Below are positions 9,703-19,188 of a stretch of DNA of 64,000 bases, one piece after another. The first letter of the stretch is position 1. Every line of letters starts with the position of its first letter. The translations under genes and the position numbers were made by a program. Source of the DNA: Methanobacteriota archaeon (GTDB lineage Archaea; Thermoplasmatota; Thermoplasmata; SG8-5; DAIRED01). The stretch lies in the NCBI GenBank assembly GCA_043799545.1, contig JAZDNO010000014.1, positions 1-64,000 on the forward strand. The letters run 5' to 3'. The notes beneath the pieces were generated by a model. The model was not told the DNA's origin, searched no databases, and saw only the letters and a program-made list of their open reading frames with translations.

Positions 9703-11901
9703 TTACTGCTGCGGGTATTGCGGGGGCTGCTGGGGCGGGTACTGCTCCTGCGGCGGCGGGTACTGGCCCGGCTGCGGGGGTTGCTGGTACGGCTGCTGAC
9801 CGTATGGCTGCTGCCCCTGGTACGGCGCCGGGTGCTGGTTGAACTTCGCCGCCTTCTTCTTCTTCATCATGAGCATGAGGACGACGAGCACGACGACGAC
9901 CGCGACGGCCACCAGCGCGAGAACCACCATGAGCCACGGGAACGACGAGCCCGAAGGCATCGAGACGCCCTCGTCTTCCAGGAACGCGCTCGGGTCGTCG
10001 TTGAATGATTCGGCGTCAGCCTTGTCCACGGGCTCGAGCGTCATGTCCATCGTGCTGGTGTCAGGCAGGCTGCCGACGAATGGTATTTCCGTGTCCGTCA
10101 TGTCCCCCACGGGGCCGAAGTACGGCTCGTAGGTCGTGTACATGCCTTTCGCGGGGTCGTAGGTGGCCGTCGTTTCGAATCCGGTCGCGCGGGTTCCGCC
10201 TATGCCCGACAGGTCGACTTCATCGACGTACGTTACGAACCCCCAGCCGCCGTTGAGCAGCGGCGGGGCCGTCGCCTGGTTCGTGCTGGCGACGTAGTTC
10301 AAAGCGAAGGTGTTCGTGAATTCCCCGCTGGCCGCCTCGTCGACGTGAACTGGATCCGGGAGTGTGATATCCTCGCCCATCATCTGGTCGAAGTATCCCG
10401 TCGCACTCATGTCCACTACCATGTCGAACTTCACGTTTCCGTCGTAGCCCACGGTGCAGGTGCGTTCGACTGAGATGTCCTCGTCCTTCGCGGGCATGAA
10501 CGGTATCCCCGGGGCCGATTCCAGGGTGAGCTGGAGGTCCATGTCGGCGGTCGCGCTGGCGTCCACCGAGCCGGTGATGGTCACGCCCTCGGCTTTGATG
10601 TTTGCGTCCAAGTTCGCGGAGAGGTCTAGGCTCGCCGCGATGTTCAGCGTCATCTTCTCGCCCGCCCAGTATGCCTTGCCGCCTGAGTTCTCGTAGTATC
10701 CGAGCCACAGGCTGCCTTCGTATAGCAGGTCTGCCGTAACGTCCGCATTGCCGCTTATCGTGCCATCCATGGTGGCGCCATCGAGGTCGACGTTGTCGGC
10801 CGTCATCTTGCCGTCCACAGCCAGCGCGGCGTATATCCTGCAGCTGTAATCGAACCTGTAGTTGCCCGCTTCCTCTCCGGCGTACTCGACAAGAATGTAC
10901 TGGCCGATGCCGCCGGAACCGCTGATAGACGCCTTCACTCCGTCGGGCATGTCCTCGGTCATCTGCGCCTTCATCTCGTCGATGAAGCCTGCCAGGTCGA
11001 GGTAGGCGCCGCTCGCGGCGTAGTCCCCGACCGTCCACGGAACCGTGTCTGGCGTCGTCTTCTCGAAGCCCGTCGAGCCGCCGCCAGAGGTTCCTGTCGT
11101 GATGGTTAGCGTGTAGGTGCCGCCGCCCGAGATAGAGTCCACGACGACGTAGTACCTCCCGCTGATTGGCGAGGTGAAGGAGATCGTCTCGTCGGAAGAA
11201 CTCGGGTTTTCCGATGATAAAATCGGCTCATTTATATTTAATGAGTTGAAGAGGAACATGTCGAAGTTGCTGCCGGCAGGAACGTCCAGGGTGATCGTCG
11301 TCGCCACGCTGCTTGTCAGGGTCAAATCGTACACCATGCTGTCTCCCGCGAAGAGATAATAGGTATCCGTGCCCGGGACGCTTATGTATTCCGTGACCGC
11401 GAAGTCGTACGACCCGGCCCAGACATCTCCACCCACCTCGTCTATTTCGAACGGCAGGGAGACCATGTACTGGGCCTCGGCCATGACGTCGAACTTCTGC
11501 GCGGAGCTAAGATAGCTCTGAGGCACGGTGATTGTAAGGGTGTCGCCGGAAACCGTGTAGCCGTCGTTGTGCTGGTTGCCGTCGTAGGTCAGGACGCCGA
11601 TGTTCCCGGACATTATGAAAGTAATGGCGTATAATCCGCCATACTGGGAGTCTCCGGCCCATATGTAATACTCGTATTCGTTGCCGCTGTTGATGTTTCC
11701 GTCGACCTTCAGCGAAATTATTATATTGCTGGACTGGACGGTCGACCTCAAGGATATTATGTCGACGTCGCGCTGTATACCTGCGTCGATTCCGTCCGTG
11801 TAAGTTATCTCGAAGTTCGTCGCTCTCGCGTACTGGCCTATCGCGCCCAGCAGCGATATCGCTAACATTGCCCCTATTGCTAATCCCATCCATCTGCGCA
11901 T
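9703..11901 (-). CDS. Membrane-anchored surface protein with a PPC-like domain and a cytoplasmic P/Q/Y-rich tail
   Basis: N-terminal signal-like segment. PPC-like segment (LDVPAGSNFDMFLF...SGRYYVVVDSISGGGTYTL). C-terminal TM followed by KKKK and PYQGQQPYGQQPYQQPPQPGQYPPPQ. Confidence 0.75.
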   Translation of the reverse strand: MRRWMGLAIGAMLAISLLGAIGQYARATNFEITYTDGIDAGIQRDVDIISLRSTVQSSNIIISLKVDGNINSGNEYEYYIWAGDSQYGGLYAITFIMSGNIGVLTYDGNQHNDGYTVSGDTLTITVPQSYLSSAQKFDVMAEAQYMVSLPFEIDEVGGDVWAGSYDFAVTEYISVPGTDTYYLFAGDSMVYDLTLTSSVATTITLDVPAGSNFDMFLFNSLNINEPILSSENPSSSDETISFTSPISGRYYVVVDSISGGGTYTLTITTGTSGGGSTGFEKTTPDTVPWTVGDYAASGAYLDLAGFIDEMKAQMTEDMPDGVKASISGSGGIGQYILVEYAGEEAGNYRFDYSCRIYAALAVDGKMTADNVDLDGATMDGTISGNADVTADLLYEGSLWLGYYENSGGKAYWAGEKMTLNIAASLDLSANLDANIKAEGVTITGSVDASATADMDLQLTLESAPGIPFMPAKDEDISVERTCTVGYDGNVKFDMVVDMSATGYFDQMMGEDITLPDPVHVDEAASGEFTNTFALNYVASTNQATAPPLLNGGWGFVTYVDEVDLSGIGGTRATGFETTATYDPAKGMYTTYEPYFGPVGDMTDTEIPFVGSLPDTSTMDMTLEPVDKADAESFNDDPSAFLEDEGVSMPSGSSFPWLMVVLALVAVAVVVVLVVLMLMMKKKKAAKFNQHPAPYQGQQPYGQQPYQQPPQPGQYPPPQEQYPPQQPPQYPQQ

Positions 11902-11951
11902 ATAATCACTTCCTGTGGTGCCTATTATTATCCTCGTATATAAAGTTGTTC

Positions 11952-12614
11952 TTAAAACGCATCTGTTTTTCGTCCCTGGTTTTCATGTCTGGCTGGCTCG
12001 GCAACCGCATAATGGTTGTCGCACCTGAAAAAATACCGCACCTCGCGCAGCCCCGCCTGGGCGAGAGCCCCCCGGAATTCTCCCTCCGCGTAAAGATGGT
12101 AGAACCTCTTGCGCACGACGCCGTCCGGCGTTTTCCAGTCCACCCACGCATTGCCGTCTTCGCCGCACGCTCCGGCAAGGCGCTCCTGCTCGCGGGCCCA
12201 GACGCCGATTAGCGCCAGCCCTCCCGGCTTCAGCACCCGCCCAATTTCGCGCAGCGCCCCCAACCGCCCCGCCTCGGTCTCGATGTGGTGAATTACGGCG
12301 ATGGACAACGCGGCGTCGAACGCGCCGCTGCGAAACGGCGCGCTTCCCGCATCGGCCCGGACGAGTCCGCAGCCGCACTTCTCCCGCGCCTTGCATAGCA
12401 TGCGGTCAGAAACGTCGAACCCTATCACTTCGTGGCCAGCGTCCATCGCGGCCAGCGCGTTGCGCCCGTTCCCGCAGCCCGCGTCGAGGACAAGCGAGCC
12501 TCGCGGCAGCCCGGCCAAAAATTCGACGGTCTCCGGCCATGGTTTATATCGCGTGGCGTCGAAATGGCCCGCAATCTCGTCATAAAGTTCGCCCGCCCCC
12601 CGACGCGACGCCAT
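11952..12614 (-). CDS. Class I SAM methyltransferase, Trm9/ALKBH8-like (tRNA U34 methyltransferase family)
   Basis: YDEIAGHFDATRYKPWP, VLDAGCGNGRN, SIAVIHH, LKPGGLALIGVWAREQ and RFYHLY match Trm9 motifs as I recall them. Confidence 0.75.
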   Translation of the reverse strand: MASRRGAGELYDEIAGHFDATRYKPWPETVEFLAGLPRGSLVLDAGCGNGRNALAAMDAGHEVIGFDVSDRMLCKAREKCGCGLVRADAGSAPFRSGAFDAALSIAVIHHIETEAGRLGALREIGRVLKPGGLALIGVWAREQERLAGACGEDGNAWVDWKTPDGVVRKRFYHLYAEGEFRGALAQAGLREVRYFFRCDNHYAVAEPARHENQGRKTDAF

Positions 12615-12623
12615 CGCAAAACC

Positions 12624-13595
12624 TCAATCGCCCTTGTGGCCCCGGCTCCACATCCTGGGGTAGGTCTCCGGTGACATCAGGACCCTCGTGATTCTCACTG
12701 CGATACCGTCCTCGCTGGCGGCCATCGTATCCCCGTCCATGAGCGACTCGCCGAGCGCCACGACCTCCCCCTTCTGGGTCATAACGGCCACTACCGAACC
12801 TTTGGCGACCCCAGCGTCGAGAGAGGCAATCCCCGGCGTCGCCAGGCTCGCGCCGTGGCATATGGCGTCGACGGCGCTGTCCTTGACAGCAATCTTGTGC
12901 AGGTGGGAGAACAGGGCCTCCATCGGGAGCAGTATCTTCCTCAGCTTCGATTCGTCGCCGCCTTCCTTCCAGGCGAGCCAAGCGTCTCGAACCTCCTGAA
13001 GAGGGTGCGCGTCCGTTTCGAGGAAGCCCGCGCTCTTCGACCTCCTGAGGTCCCCCATGCTCGCCCCCGTGCCAAGGGCTTCGCCTATGTCGTGGCAGAG
13101 AGTGCGGATGTAGGTTCCGGACTCGCACCTGACGACGAACAGGACGCTGCGGTCGTCGACCTCCAGCACGTCCAGGCTGTATATCTCGCGCACGCGCCTC
13201 TGGCGCTTGACCGCCGACCTGACAGGCGGGAACTGGAATATCTTGCCCGTGAAGGCCGCGCAGGTTTCGCGAATCTGGGCCTCCGGCACCGGACGGTGAA
13301 CGTGCATGACGCAGACGTACTCCTTGTCGTCCAGAAGCAGGGCGTCCAGAGCCCTCACAGCATTGTTCAAAGCCACCGGCAACACGCCGGTCACCCTGGG
13401 GTCGAGGGTCCCGAGATGCCCGGACTTCTCCACCTTGAATATGTCGCGCACCCAGGCGGTCACCTGATGGGATGTCGGACCCTGGGGCTTGTCCACGTTC
13501 ACAACGCCGGCCTGAAGAAGCTCGGCGATTGTGCGGTCCTCCGGCCTCTTGCCGTGGATGCCCGGTACGCTCATGCTCATGTGCAGCCTAGGCAC
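12624..13595 (-). CDS. cbf5: H/ACA RNA-guided pseudouridine synthase Cbf5
   Basis: DKPQGPTSHQV, GHLGTLDPRVTGVLP, CESGTYIRTL, C-terminal PUA domain. Confidence 0.96.
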   Translation of the reverse strand: MPRLHMSMSVPGIHGKRPEDRTIAELLQAGVVNVDKPQGPTSHQVTAWVRDIFKVEKSGHLGTLDPRVTGVLPVALNNAVRALDALLLDDKEYVCVMHVHRPVPEAQIRETCAAFTGKIFQFPPVRSAVKRQRRVREIYSLDVLEVDDRSVLFVVRCESGTYIRTLCHDIGEALGTGASMGDLRRSKSAGFLETDAHPLQEVRDAWLAWKEGGDESKLRKILLPMEALFSHLHKIAVKDSAVDAICHGASLATPGIASLDAGVAKGSVVAVMTQKGEVVALGESLMDGDTMAASEDGIAVRITRVLMSPETYPRMWSRGHKGD

Positions 13596-14115
13596 GCCGC
13601 ATCACCTCCGCGACGACGAACTTGGCAAGAGCCTCGGCGCTCTCCGTCCGGGAGTCGAGCACCAGGTCGTAGACCGAGATATCGCTGAAATCGATTCCGT
13701 AGATTTCCCTGTAACGCGTCGATTCCGACTTCTCGCGGACCAGCATGGCCTTCTTGACCGCGCCGGGCTTTTTCTTCTCCCGCTCCGCGATTCTGGCCGC
13801 GCGGATTTCGACGGGCGCGTCCACCCAGATTTTGAAGGCCTGCACTCCGCTTCGCACGCACATGTGCGCGGCGAGTCGCCCCTCGAGAACCATGGGCTCG
13901 ACGAGCGCCTTGATGACCCGCCTGTCCAGCTCCACGTCGATGTTGTGGTCCTTTTCGGCCAGCTCGCCAAGCTTCGCCAGAGAAACCTTGCGCTCTTCCG
14001 CGATGGCGCGGAACGCCTCCCCTGTCGACTTGAAGGGGCATCCGAGGGACTTGGCGACGAGGCGCCCGACCGTCGTCTTGCCGCTTCCCGGGGGGCCGCT
14101 TATCGTGATAATCAT
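13588..14115 (-). CDS. cmk: Cytidylate kinase (archaeal)
   Basis: MIITISGPPGSGKTT, EGRLAAH, RYREIYGID. True start at 14115 (ATGA overlap); the ORF-track call to 14592 is over-extended. Confidence 0.93.
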   Translation of the reverse strand: MIITISGPPGSGKTTVGRLVAKSLGCPFKSTGEAFRAIAEERKVSLAKLGELAEKDHNIDVELDRRVIKALVEPMVLEGRLAAHMCVRSGVQAFKIWVDAPVEIRAARIAEREKKKPGAVKKAMLVREKSESTRYREIYGIDFSDISVYDLVLDSRTESAEALAKFVVAEVMRRA

Positions 14116-14771
14116 TGAGCGGCACCCTCGAGGGCCTTGAGGCGCCTGCTGAAGCCGAACCATTTCAGGAACCTGCCGAGGACCTGCGTCACGGGCATCG
14201 TGAGCAGGGAATATAGGAGAATCCAGTTCGGCAGCACGTTCGACCTGAGGAAGTCGACGTTGAACTCCCAGGGGACTGAGAAGAAGTGGTTTGGCGCGGC
14301 CTCGATGAAGACGTACACCCACGTGAACACGCCTATCACGAGGACCATGGTAATCATCGTCGGCTTCATCTGGTTCATTGTGACGCCCATCGTCTCCGCG
14401 CTGCTCTCCTGTTGCAGCTTGTTTAGCTGGTCCACGCGGCTCATGTCGCGCCGCTTCATGGCGGCGAACAGCTCCTTCCTCAGGGCGCCGGACTTCCTGT
14501 TGATGCGGGCCATCTCGACCCAGTCTATCATGTAGTGCCTCAGGACCGTGGAGAAGGTGATGGACACAATCCCTGCCATGAGCAAGGTCCAAAGCGGGAA
14601 CTGGTAATCGAAGCCCACCGTGGGCATGAACGCGAGTCCAACGAGGTTGCCTATGAGGCTCCTCAGGCTCGGGTCTATGATTATCATGAGCATCAGGAAC
14701 ATCATCATCAGCATGAGGATGGGGCTCGAAGATACTGGCGGCGCTGCTGGCCTGGCCGGCTGGTCTGCCAT
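14112..14771 (-). CDS. DUF106 / EMC3-TMCO1 (YidC-like) membrane insertase family protein
   Basis: Three hydrophobic regions with a coiled-coil loop (IDWVEMARINRK...MKPTMITM), W[IL]LLYSL motif, and the usual position upstream of cmk. Confidence 0.88.
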   Translation of the reverse strand: MADQPARPAAPPVSSSPILMLMMMFLMLMIIIDPSLRSLIGNLVGLAFMPTVGFDYQFPLWTLLMAGIVSITFSTVLRHYMIDWVEMARINRKSGALRKELFAAMKRRDMSRVDQLNKLQQESSAETMGVTMNQMKPTMITMVLVIGVFTWVYVFIEAAPNHFFSVPWEFNVDFLRSNVLPNWILLYSLLTMPVTQVLGRFLKWFGFSRRLKALEGAAQ

Positions 14772-14906
14772 GTACGCTCGGAAGGGCTTAGACGATATAA
14801 GAGTTGCGATGGCGTTGCTCTAATCTGCCGTTGGATGAGATGAAACAAACCGTCGCCCGCGTACCCTTATATCCCCCGTCGCCGATTACCGTCCGGAAGT
14901 TGCCCC

Positions 14907-15608
14907 ATGCCCCGGCTCATTTCTCTGGACGACGCGCTCCTCGGAGGGTTCGAGTATCCTGTCGTGCTTGTGATTGAGGTGACGAAGAAGGGCGTTGTGC
15001 TCTCGAAGCTCAGGTACCTCAAGGCGCTCGGCCAGCTCGTCAACGAGACGATGCGCTGCCCATCCATAGAGGTCTACGTCCACGTCGACCGATACGAGGA
15101 CCCTTTTCTCGAGAAACGGGGCGGCCGCCCCATAGGCATCGATTGGATTTTCCAGTTCGACGTCAACCCCGGACTGTTCAACGAGGCCATGTCCTACGTC
15201 CGCAAGGGGGACCTGCGCCTCAACGTGGGGAACCCGCAGACGGCCCAGATAGCGTCGCGGCTCCTCGAGCGCCTGGAGCGCCGCGGCAGTCTGAACTACA
15301 GGAAGCTGGACGGCGTGGAGAAGGGCCTGCTCCTCGAGCCGTACTGCAACCTGGCCTTCCAGCGCGCCGGCCAGGGCAAGCGCGTCATTCTGCAAAACGT
15401 GGAGATAATGAACACCGAGCCGACGCTCCGCATAAGGCAGCGCGGCATGGATGTCATCTACGCCCCCGAACCAGCGCCTCACATGGAAATCGACCTGCTG
15501 GTAATCACCGAGATATCGGACGTGCGTTCGGCCCTCGACGGCCTGGCTTCTATGGGCTTCAAGCACGACAGGCACGAGCCGGACGGGCACGCGGTCGAGA
15601 TGCCGTGA
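14907..15608 (+). CDS. Hypothetical protein
   Basis: 233-aa ORF with host-like GC3 bias that fills the gap between DUF106 and the DHH gene. No family recognised. Confidence 0.7.
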   Translation: MPRLISLDDALLGGFEYPVVLVIEVTKKGVVLSKLRYLKALGQLVNETMRCPSIEVYVHVDRYEDPFLEKRGGRPIGIDWIFQFDVNPGLFNEAMSYVRKGDLRLNVGNPQTAQIASRLLERLERRGSLNYRKLDGVEKGLLLEPYCNLAFQRAGQGKRVILQNVEIMNTEPTLRIRQRGMDVIYAPEPAPHMEIDLLVITEISDVRSALDGLASMGFKHDRHEPDGHAVEMP

Positions 15609-15614
15609 GCATGA

Positions 15615-16547
15615 TTATTTCTTTTTATCTCTATCCTGTAGAATCTCGACCGTCCTCGCCACGCACGCCCCGAGCGCCGCCTCCACGTCCCCCTTTCCCG
15701 AGAGCCCTGCGGCGCAGTCGTGCCCTCCGCCAGAGCCCCCGAACTCCGCGCCAACGGCTGCGAAAATCTCGGCCAGCGAGACCTCCGCATCGGCGCGAGC
15801 CCTGCCGCTGAGCCTGAACTCACCGCGCTCCTGGCGCCCCGCAAACGAAACGTCGCAGCCCATCGCCAGCATCATGCGGCACACTTCGGCCTCGTGAGCG
15901 CCGATGACCGACGCGGCAACGAGATAATCGCCTTCCTGGACGAACCTCATGCGCTGCGCGGCCTTGAGGCGCGCGATGCGCTGGGACATGTCGTCCGGCA
16001 TCTCCTGGAAGAACGCGAACGCCTCCCCCGCCTCCGCGCCGGACTTGTCGAGCAGCTCCGCGAAGTCGCGGAACGTCGATGGCTTGGCGTGGCGGAACCC
16101 GCCAGAATCCGCAACAATGCCGTAGAGCAGGGCCGCGGCAGACCTCTCATTCAGAATCGGACGAATTATATCCAGCACGACCTCGCAGCAGCTCGCCTTG
16201 GTCGCGTCGATGTATCTGTAATACTTGGCCCAGGATTCGCTCTCCCGGTGGTGGTCGATTATTATCGGGTCCGGAGGGAGCTTCGCCGAGACCATCTCAG
16301 CTCCAGCAGCGTCAACGACGACGGTTTTCAGCGGGCATTCCAGCAACCTGTCCTTGAAAATGTCGAGGCCCAGCTTCTCCGCGAGCGACTTGCCGTGCCT
16401 GCTCAGCCCACCCGGCGCGGCAATCGAGCAAGAATCGTACGTGAAGAAAAGCGCCGCCGCGCTCGCGACCGCATCGACGTCCGCGTTGTCGTGGACAATG
16501 ACGAGGAATCCGCCTTGGGACAGCCTCTGCCTAACCCGCTCGAGCAT
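15615..16547 (-). CDS. DHH/DHHA1 family phosphoesterase
   Basis: HDNADVDAVAS, IIDHH, GIVADSGGF, GGSGGGHDCAAG. Confidence 0.92.
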   Translation of the reverse strand: MLERVRQRLSQGGFLVIVHDNADVDAVASAAALFFTYDSCSIAAPGGLSRHGKSLAEKLGLDIFKDRLLECPLKTVVVDAAGAEMVSAKLPPDPIIIDHHRESESWAKYYRYIDATKASCCEVVLDIIRPILNERSAAALLYGIVADSGGFRHAKPSTFRDFAELLDKSGAEAGEAFAFFQEMPDDMSQRIARLKAAQRMRFVQEGDYLVAASVIGAHEAEVCRMMLAMGCDVSFAGRQERGEFRLSGRARADAEVSLAEIFAAVGAEFGGSGGGHDCAAGLSGKGDVEAALGACVARTVEILQDRDKKK

Positions 16548-16905
16548 TCCCTTCGCCCTTGGAGAACGCCTTCTCCAGACTGCTGCCCAGCTCCTCGTGG
16601 CGCTCGCGCATCTGCTTCTCCTGGCGCTCCAGCGTCTTGATCCTCAGCTCCTGCGACTCCTTCTTCTCGGTGAGCTCCTTCTTCAGGGCAGGCAAGTCCT
16701 CGATCTTCACGAGCAGACTGCCCACGCTGCGGAAAATCGGAGTGCCCGCCTTGAGCTTGGAGATGGCCTCCAGGGCCTTCTCGCTCTCCTTAAGCTGGAC
16801 CTCCAGCTGATACCTCTGGACTCCCAGGTACTGCATCTGCTGCTGAATCTGCTGGTACTGCACTAGCTTGTTCTGCGTTTCCTCGGACATTTCCATTTCA
16901 ATCAC
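16531..16905 (-). CDS. pfdB: Prefoldin beta subunit
   Basis: Coiled coils flanking IFRSVGSLLVK; lies after pcc1. Confidence 0.93.
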   Translation of the reverse strand: MIEMEMSEETQNKLVQYQQIQQQMQYLGVQRYQLEVQLKESEKALEAISKLKAGTPIFRSVGSLLVKIEDLPALKKELTEKKESQELRIKTLERQEKQMRERHEELGSSLEKAFSKGEGNARAG

Positions 16906-17149
16906 CCTTTGCGAGCTTGCTGCTGTCTATCGCCAGCGCCGCCCATCGAAGGTACGAGTTCAGCGCGGCCCTCATCGCTCCAGCGTCGTCGGCGCTCACG
17001 TCAATCACGACGTTCGTCCCTTCGAGAGACAATGTCGTTCTCGTTTTGGGCGCCTCTCGCCCAGCTTCGGGCGAAAGTGCCTGGAGGAGCGCGCTGGCAT
17101 CGGCGCCAGCCTCGAGTGTCATTCGCGCCCTCACAGGTCCGTCGCCCAT
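16898..17149 (-). CDS. pcc1: KEOPS complex subunit Pcc1
   Basis: ALSPE...VSADDAGAMRAALNSYLRW. Confidence 0.9.
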   Translation of the reverse strand: MGDGPVRARMTLEAGADASALLQALSPEAGREAPKTRTTLSLEGTNVVIDVSADDAGAMRAALNSYLRWAALAIDSSKLAKGD

Positions 17150-17355
17150 CTGGTTCCTTCCGCGCCCTCGCTGGCGAAGAATCCTTAAGCGGGAGGTCGA
17201 TAATAAATGTTGGCCTGCTTACGCTAATTTTTAGATGATGATGGCATATTGAGTGTATAGTACGGGTGAAAACCTTATATGCACTTGACCTAATGTGGTG
17301 TAAAATCCATGCCGTCGTTTAAGGTTGACTTGAGTATGCAATCGGAGGGGCTACT

Positions 17356-18126
17356 GTGGTAAGCGATAACGAAAGGGGGTTCTGCTCGCTAAACGGTCAA
17401 TGGGGATCGGGCGCGAAGTATGAAAATCTCCTGAGAAAGGTGATGATGTACTGGCCCGAAGGGAGACCCGCGCCATCGAACCTGCTGGATGTCGGATGCG
17501 GAACGGGCGGGCTGCTCGAGGCGTGCCGCAAGAGGGGGTTGGTGGCGTATGGAATTGAAGGTTCGAAGGAGATTCACGATGAATGCGTTTCCAAAGGGCT
17601 GTCGGTGAGCCTGCATAACCTTGAGCAGAAGTCAATGTTTGACTTTGAGAACGGGAGCATTGACATTGTCATATGTAGCCAGATTATCGAACACCTTACG
17701 CCAGAGAGTGGGGCACACCTCGTGAAGGAGAGCCAAAGAATCCTCTCGGAGAATGGGATGCTGGTAATCTTTTCGCCGTCCTACTACGACAAGCTCAACA
17801 GGACTAGGCCGTTCCATGTTCATTGTTACAAACCACGCGAACTTGGGGAGATCATATTAGCATCCGGGTTCGAGGAAGCGATGCATCTGTCGGAGGCAAT
17901 CCCGAACACGAATTGGGCACCTTATCGCGAAGGCGAGGACTCAAGTCAGAGGAAGAACAGGACGCCGATCAATCTGGTACTCAATCTTCTGTTACTGGTC
18001 ACTGGTTTGGAAAGGCTGGATGGGACGGCGCATTTCGTGGCTTATAAAAGGAGGGTCCATCAATCTGACCTGCCGACAAGGATACTCCAAATCAGATCAA
18101 TCCTGGAAAACCTCACCCTCGGATGA
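17356..18126 (+). CDS. Class I SAM-dependent methyltransferase (accessory, lower GC)
   Basis: LLDVGCGTG, IDIVICSQIIEHL, ILSENGMLVIFSP...PFHVHCY. Confidence 0.85.
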   Translation: MVSDNERGFCSLNGQWGSGAKYENLLRKVMMYWPEGRPAPSNLLDVGCGTGGLLEACRKRGLVAYGIEGSKEIHDECVSKGLSVSLHNLEQKSMFDFENGSIDIVICSQIIEHLTPESGAHLVKESQRILSENGMLVIFSPSYYDKLNRTRPFHVHCYKPRELGEIILASGFEEAMHLSEAIPNTNWAPYREGEDSSQRKNRTPINLVLNLLLLVTGLERLDGTAHFVAYKRRVHQSDLPTRILQIRSILENLTLG

Positions 18127-18320
18127 TGACTACCCAATGTTGCTTTGATGTTCGTCCGTATGTCCGCTAGGGCGCCAACTTTATAATTTTTCCTGAGGGA
18201 ATTTGCTGCCGATTTCCTGCCCTTCGGACGTGCACCCGCCTCCCTCCACCGCCCTCGGACGTTCGCCCATCACATCCTATTTGTCCTCCCGCCCCCCGCC
18301 CGATAGAATAAGCGGATTAG

Positions 18321-19070
18321 TTAGATTTTCTGAGATAAATCCTTACCGCACTTTGGGCAGGTGTAGTTGATGCCGTTTTGATTATACTGCGCCGTGATTT
18401 GATCCTTTTCACAAAATGGGTACTTGAATGAACGATTCGGCTGGATGATTCCAGCATCTTCCTTTGCTTGTAATAATTGGAATAAATAATTAGCCAGCGG
18501 TTTTTTATAATCCTTCATAAATAATAATCTCTTTGTGTGAAGTATACCTGAATGTTCGTACCTCCTTTCGCATAACTTCACAAAATCAAGATTGTCACTT
18601 GCTCCCGGGAAATTCGAAAAAGTAATGGCTTCCAAAGTGATGTAGACGTTTGGTAGATTTATTGCTAGATTGTACCCGAACATTCCCTTGCATTGTTTAT
18701 AATCGATAATATCGCTCCAGGGCACAGCGACATACGGTTGGGCATCCACTGCAAGTTTTTGACTTGTAGTGATATCCACTAATCCAAGTAGTGTAACCTC
18801 TTTTGCCACACGCTGTTCGTATAGGAACGTGATAAATCCCTCTGGTCGTATTACACAATAACACGCTTCCGCACCTACCGGTTCCAAATTACCAGAGTTA
18901 TAGTGATCTTCGTGATAGGATGTCTTATGTTTTTTATCTACATGCGAATTCCCTTTAATAAAAATGGCTATTGATGCTGGAAATTTAAAACCACCTTCGA
19001 TTTGACGAAGATATGGCGGCTCTACGATTGTGATTTTATTCTGAACGCTCGCAATCGGGACTTTAACCAA
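18321..19070 (-). CDS. Hypothetical AT-rich protein with possible PH-like region and C-terminal Zn ribbon
   Basis: 249-aa ORF in AT-rich DNA ending YPFC...YTCPKCGK. The start codon is uncertain. Confidence 0.65.
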   Translation of the reverse strand: MVKVPIASVQNKITIVEPPYLRQIEGGFKFPASIAIFIKGNSHVDKKHKTSYHEDHYNSGNLEPVGAEACYCVIRPEGFITFLYEQRVAKEVTLLGLVDITTSQKLAVDAQPYVAVPWSDIIDYKQCKGMFGYNLAINLPNVYITLEAITFSNFPGASDNLDFVKLCERRYEHSGILHTKRLLFMKDYKKPLANYLFQLLQAKEDAGIIQPNRSFKYPFCEKDQITAQYNQNGINYTCPKCGKDLSQKI

Positions 19071-19188
19071 CTCTGCACCTCTAAGGAATCATCGTTTATC
19101 GAGTATAATAATTTACTTTCACAGCCCTCTCCTCTACTTTATTATACGCGCAGTTCATTGCCCTCCTTCCATTCCAAAGGGGGAGCGA

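Noticed and set aside
17231-17340. ATGATGA (box C-like) in the pcc1-methyltransferase intergenic region.
   Set aside because: No CTGA box D lies at a suitable distance, so a C/D sRNA is unsupported.
18130-18320. Pyrimidine-rich intergenic stretch with an imperfect direct repeat GCCC(T)TCGGACGT (18219-18231 and 18251-18262).
   Set aside because: There are only two short copies, no CRISPR-like periodicity and no recognisable IS end or RNA fold.
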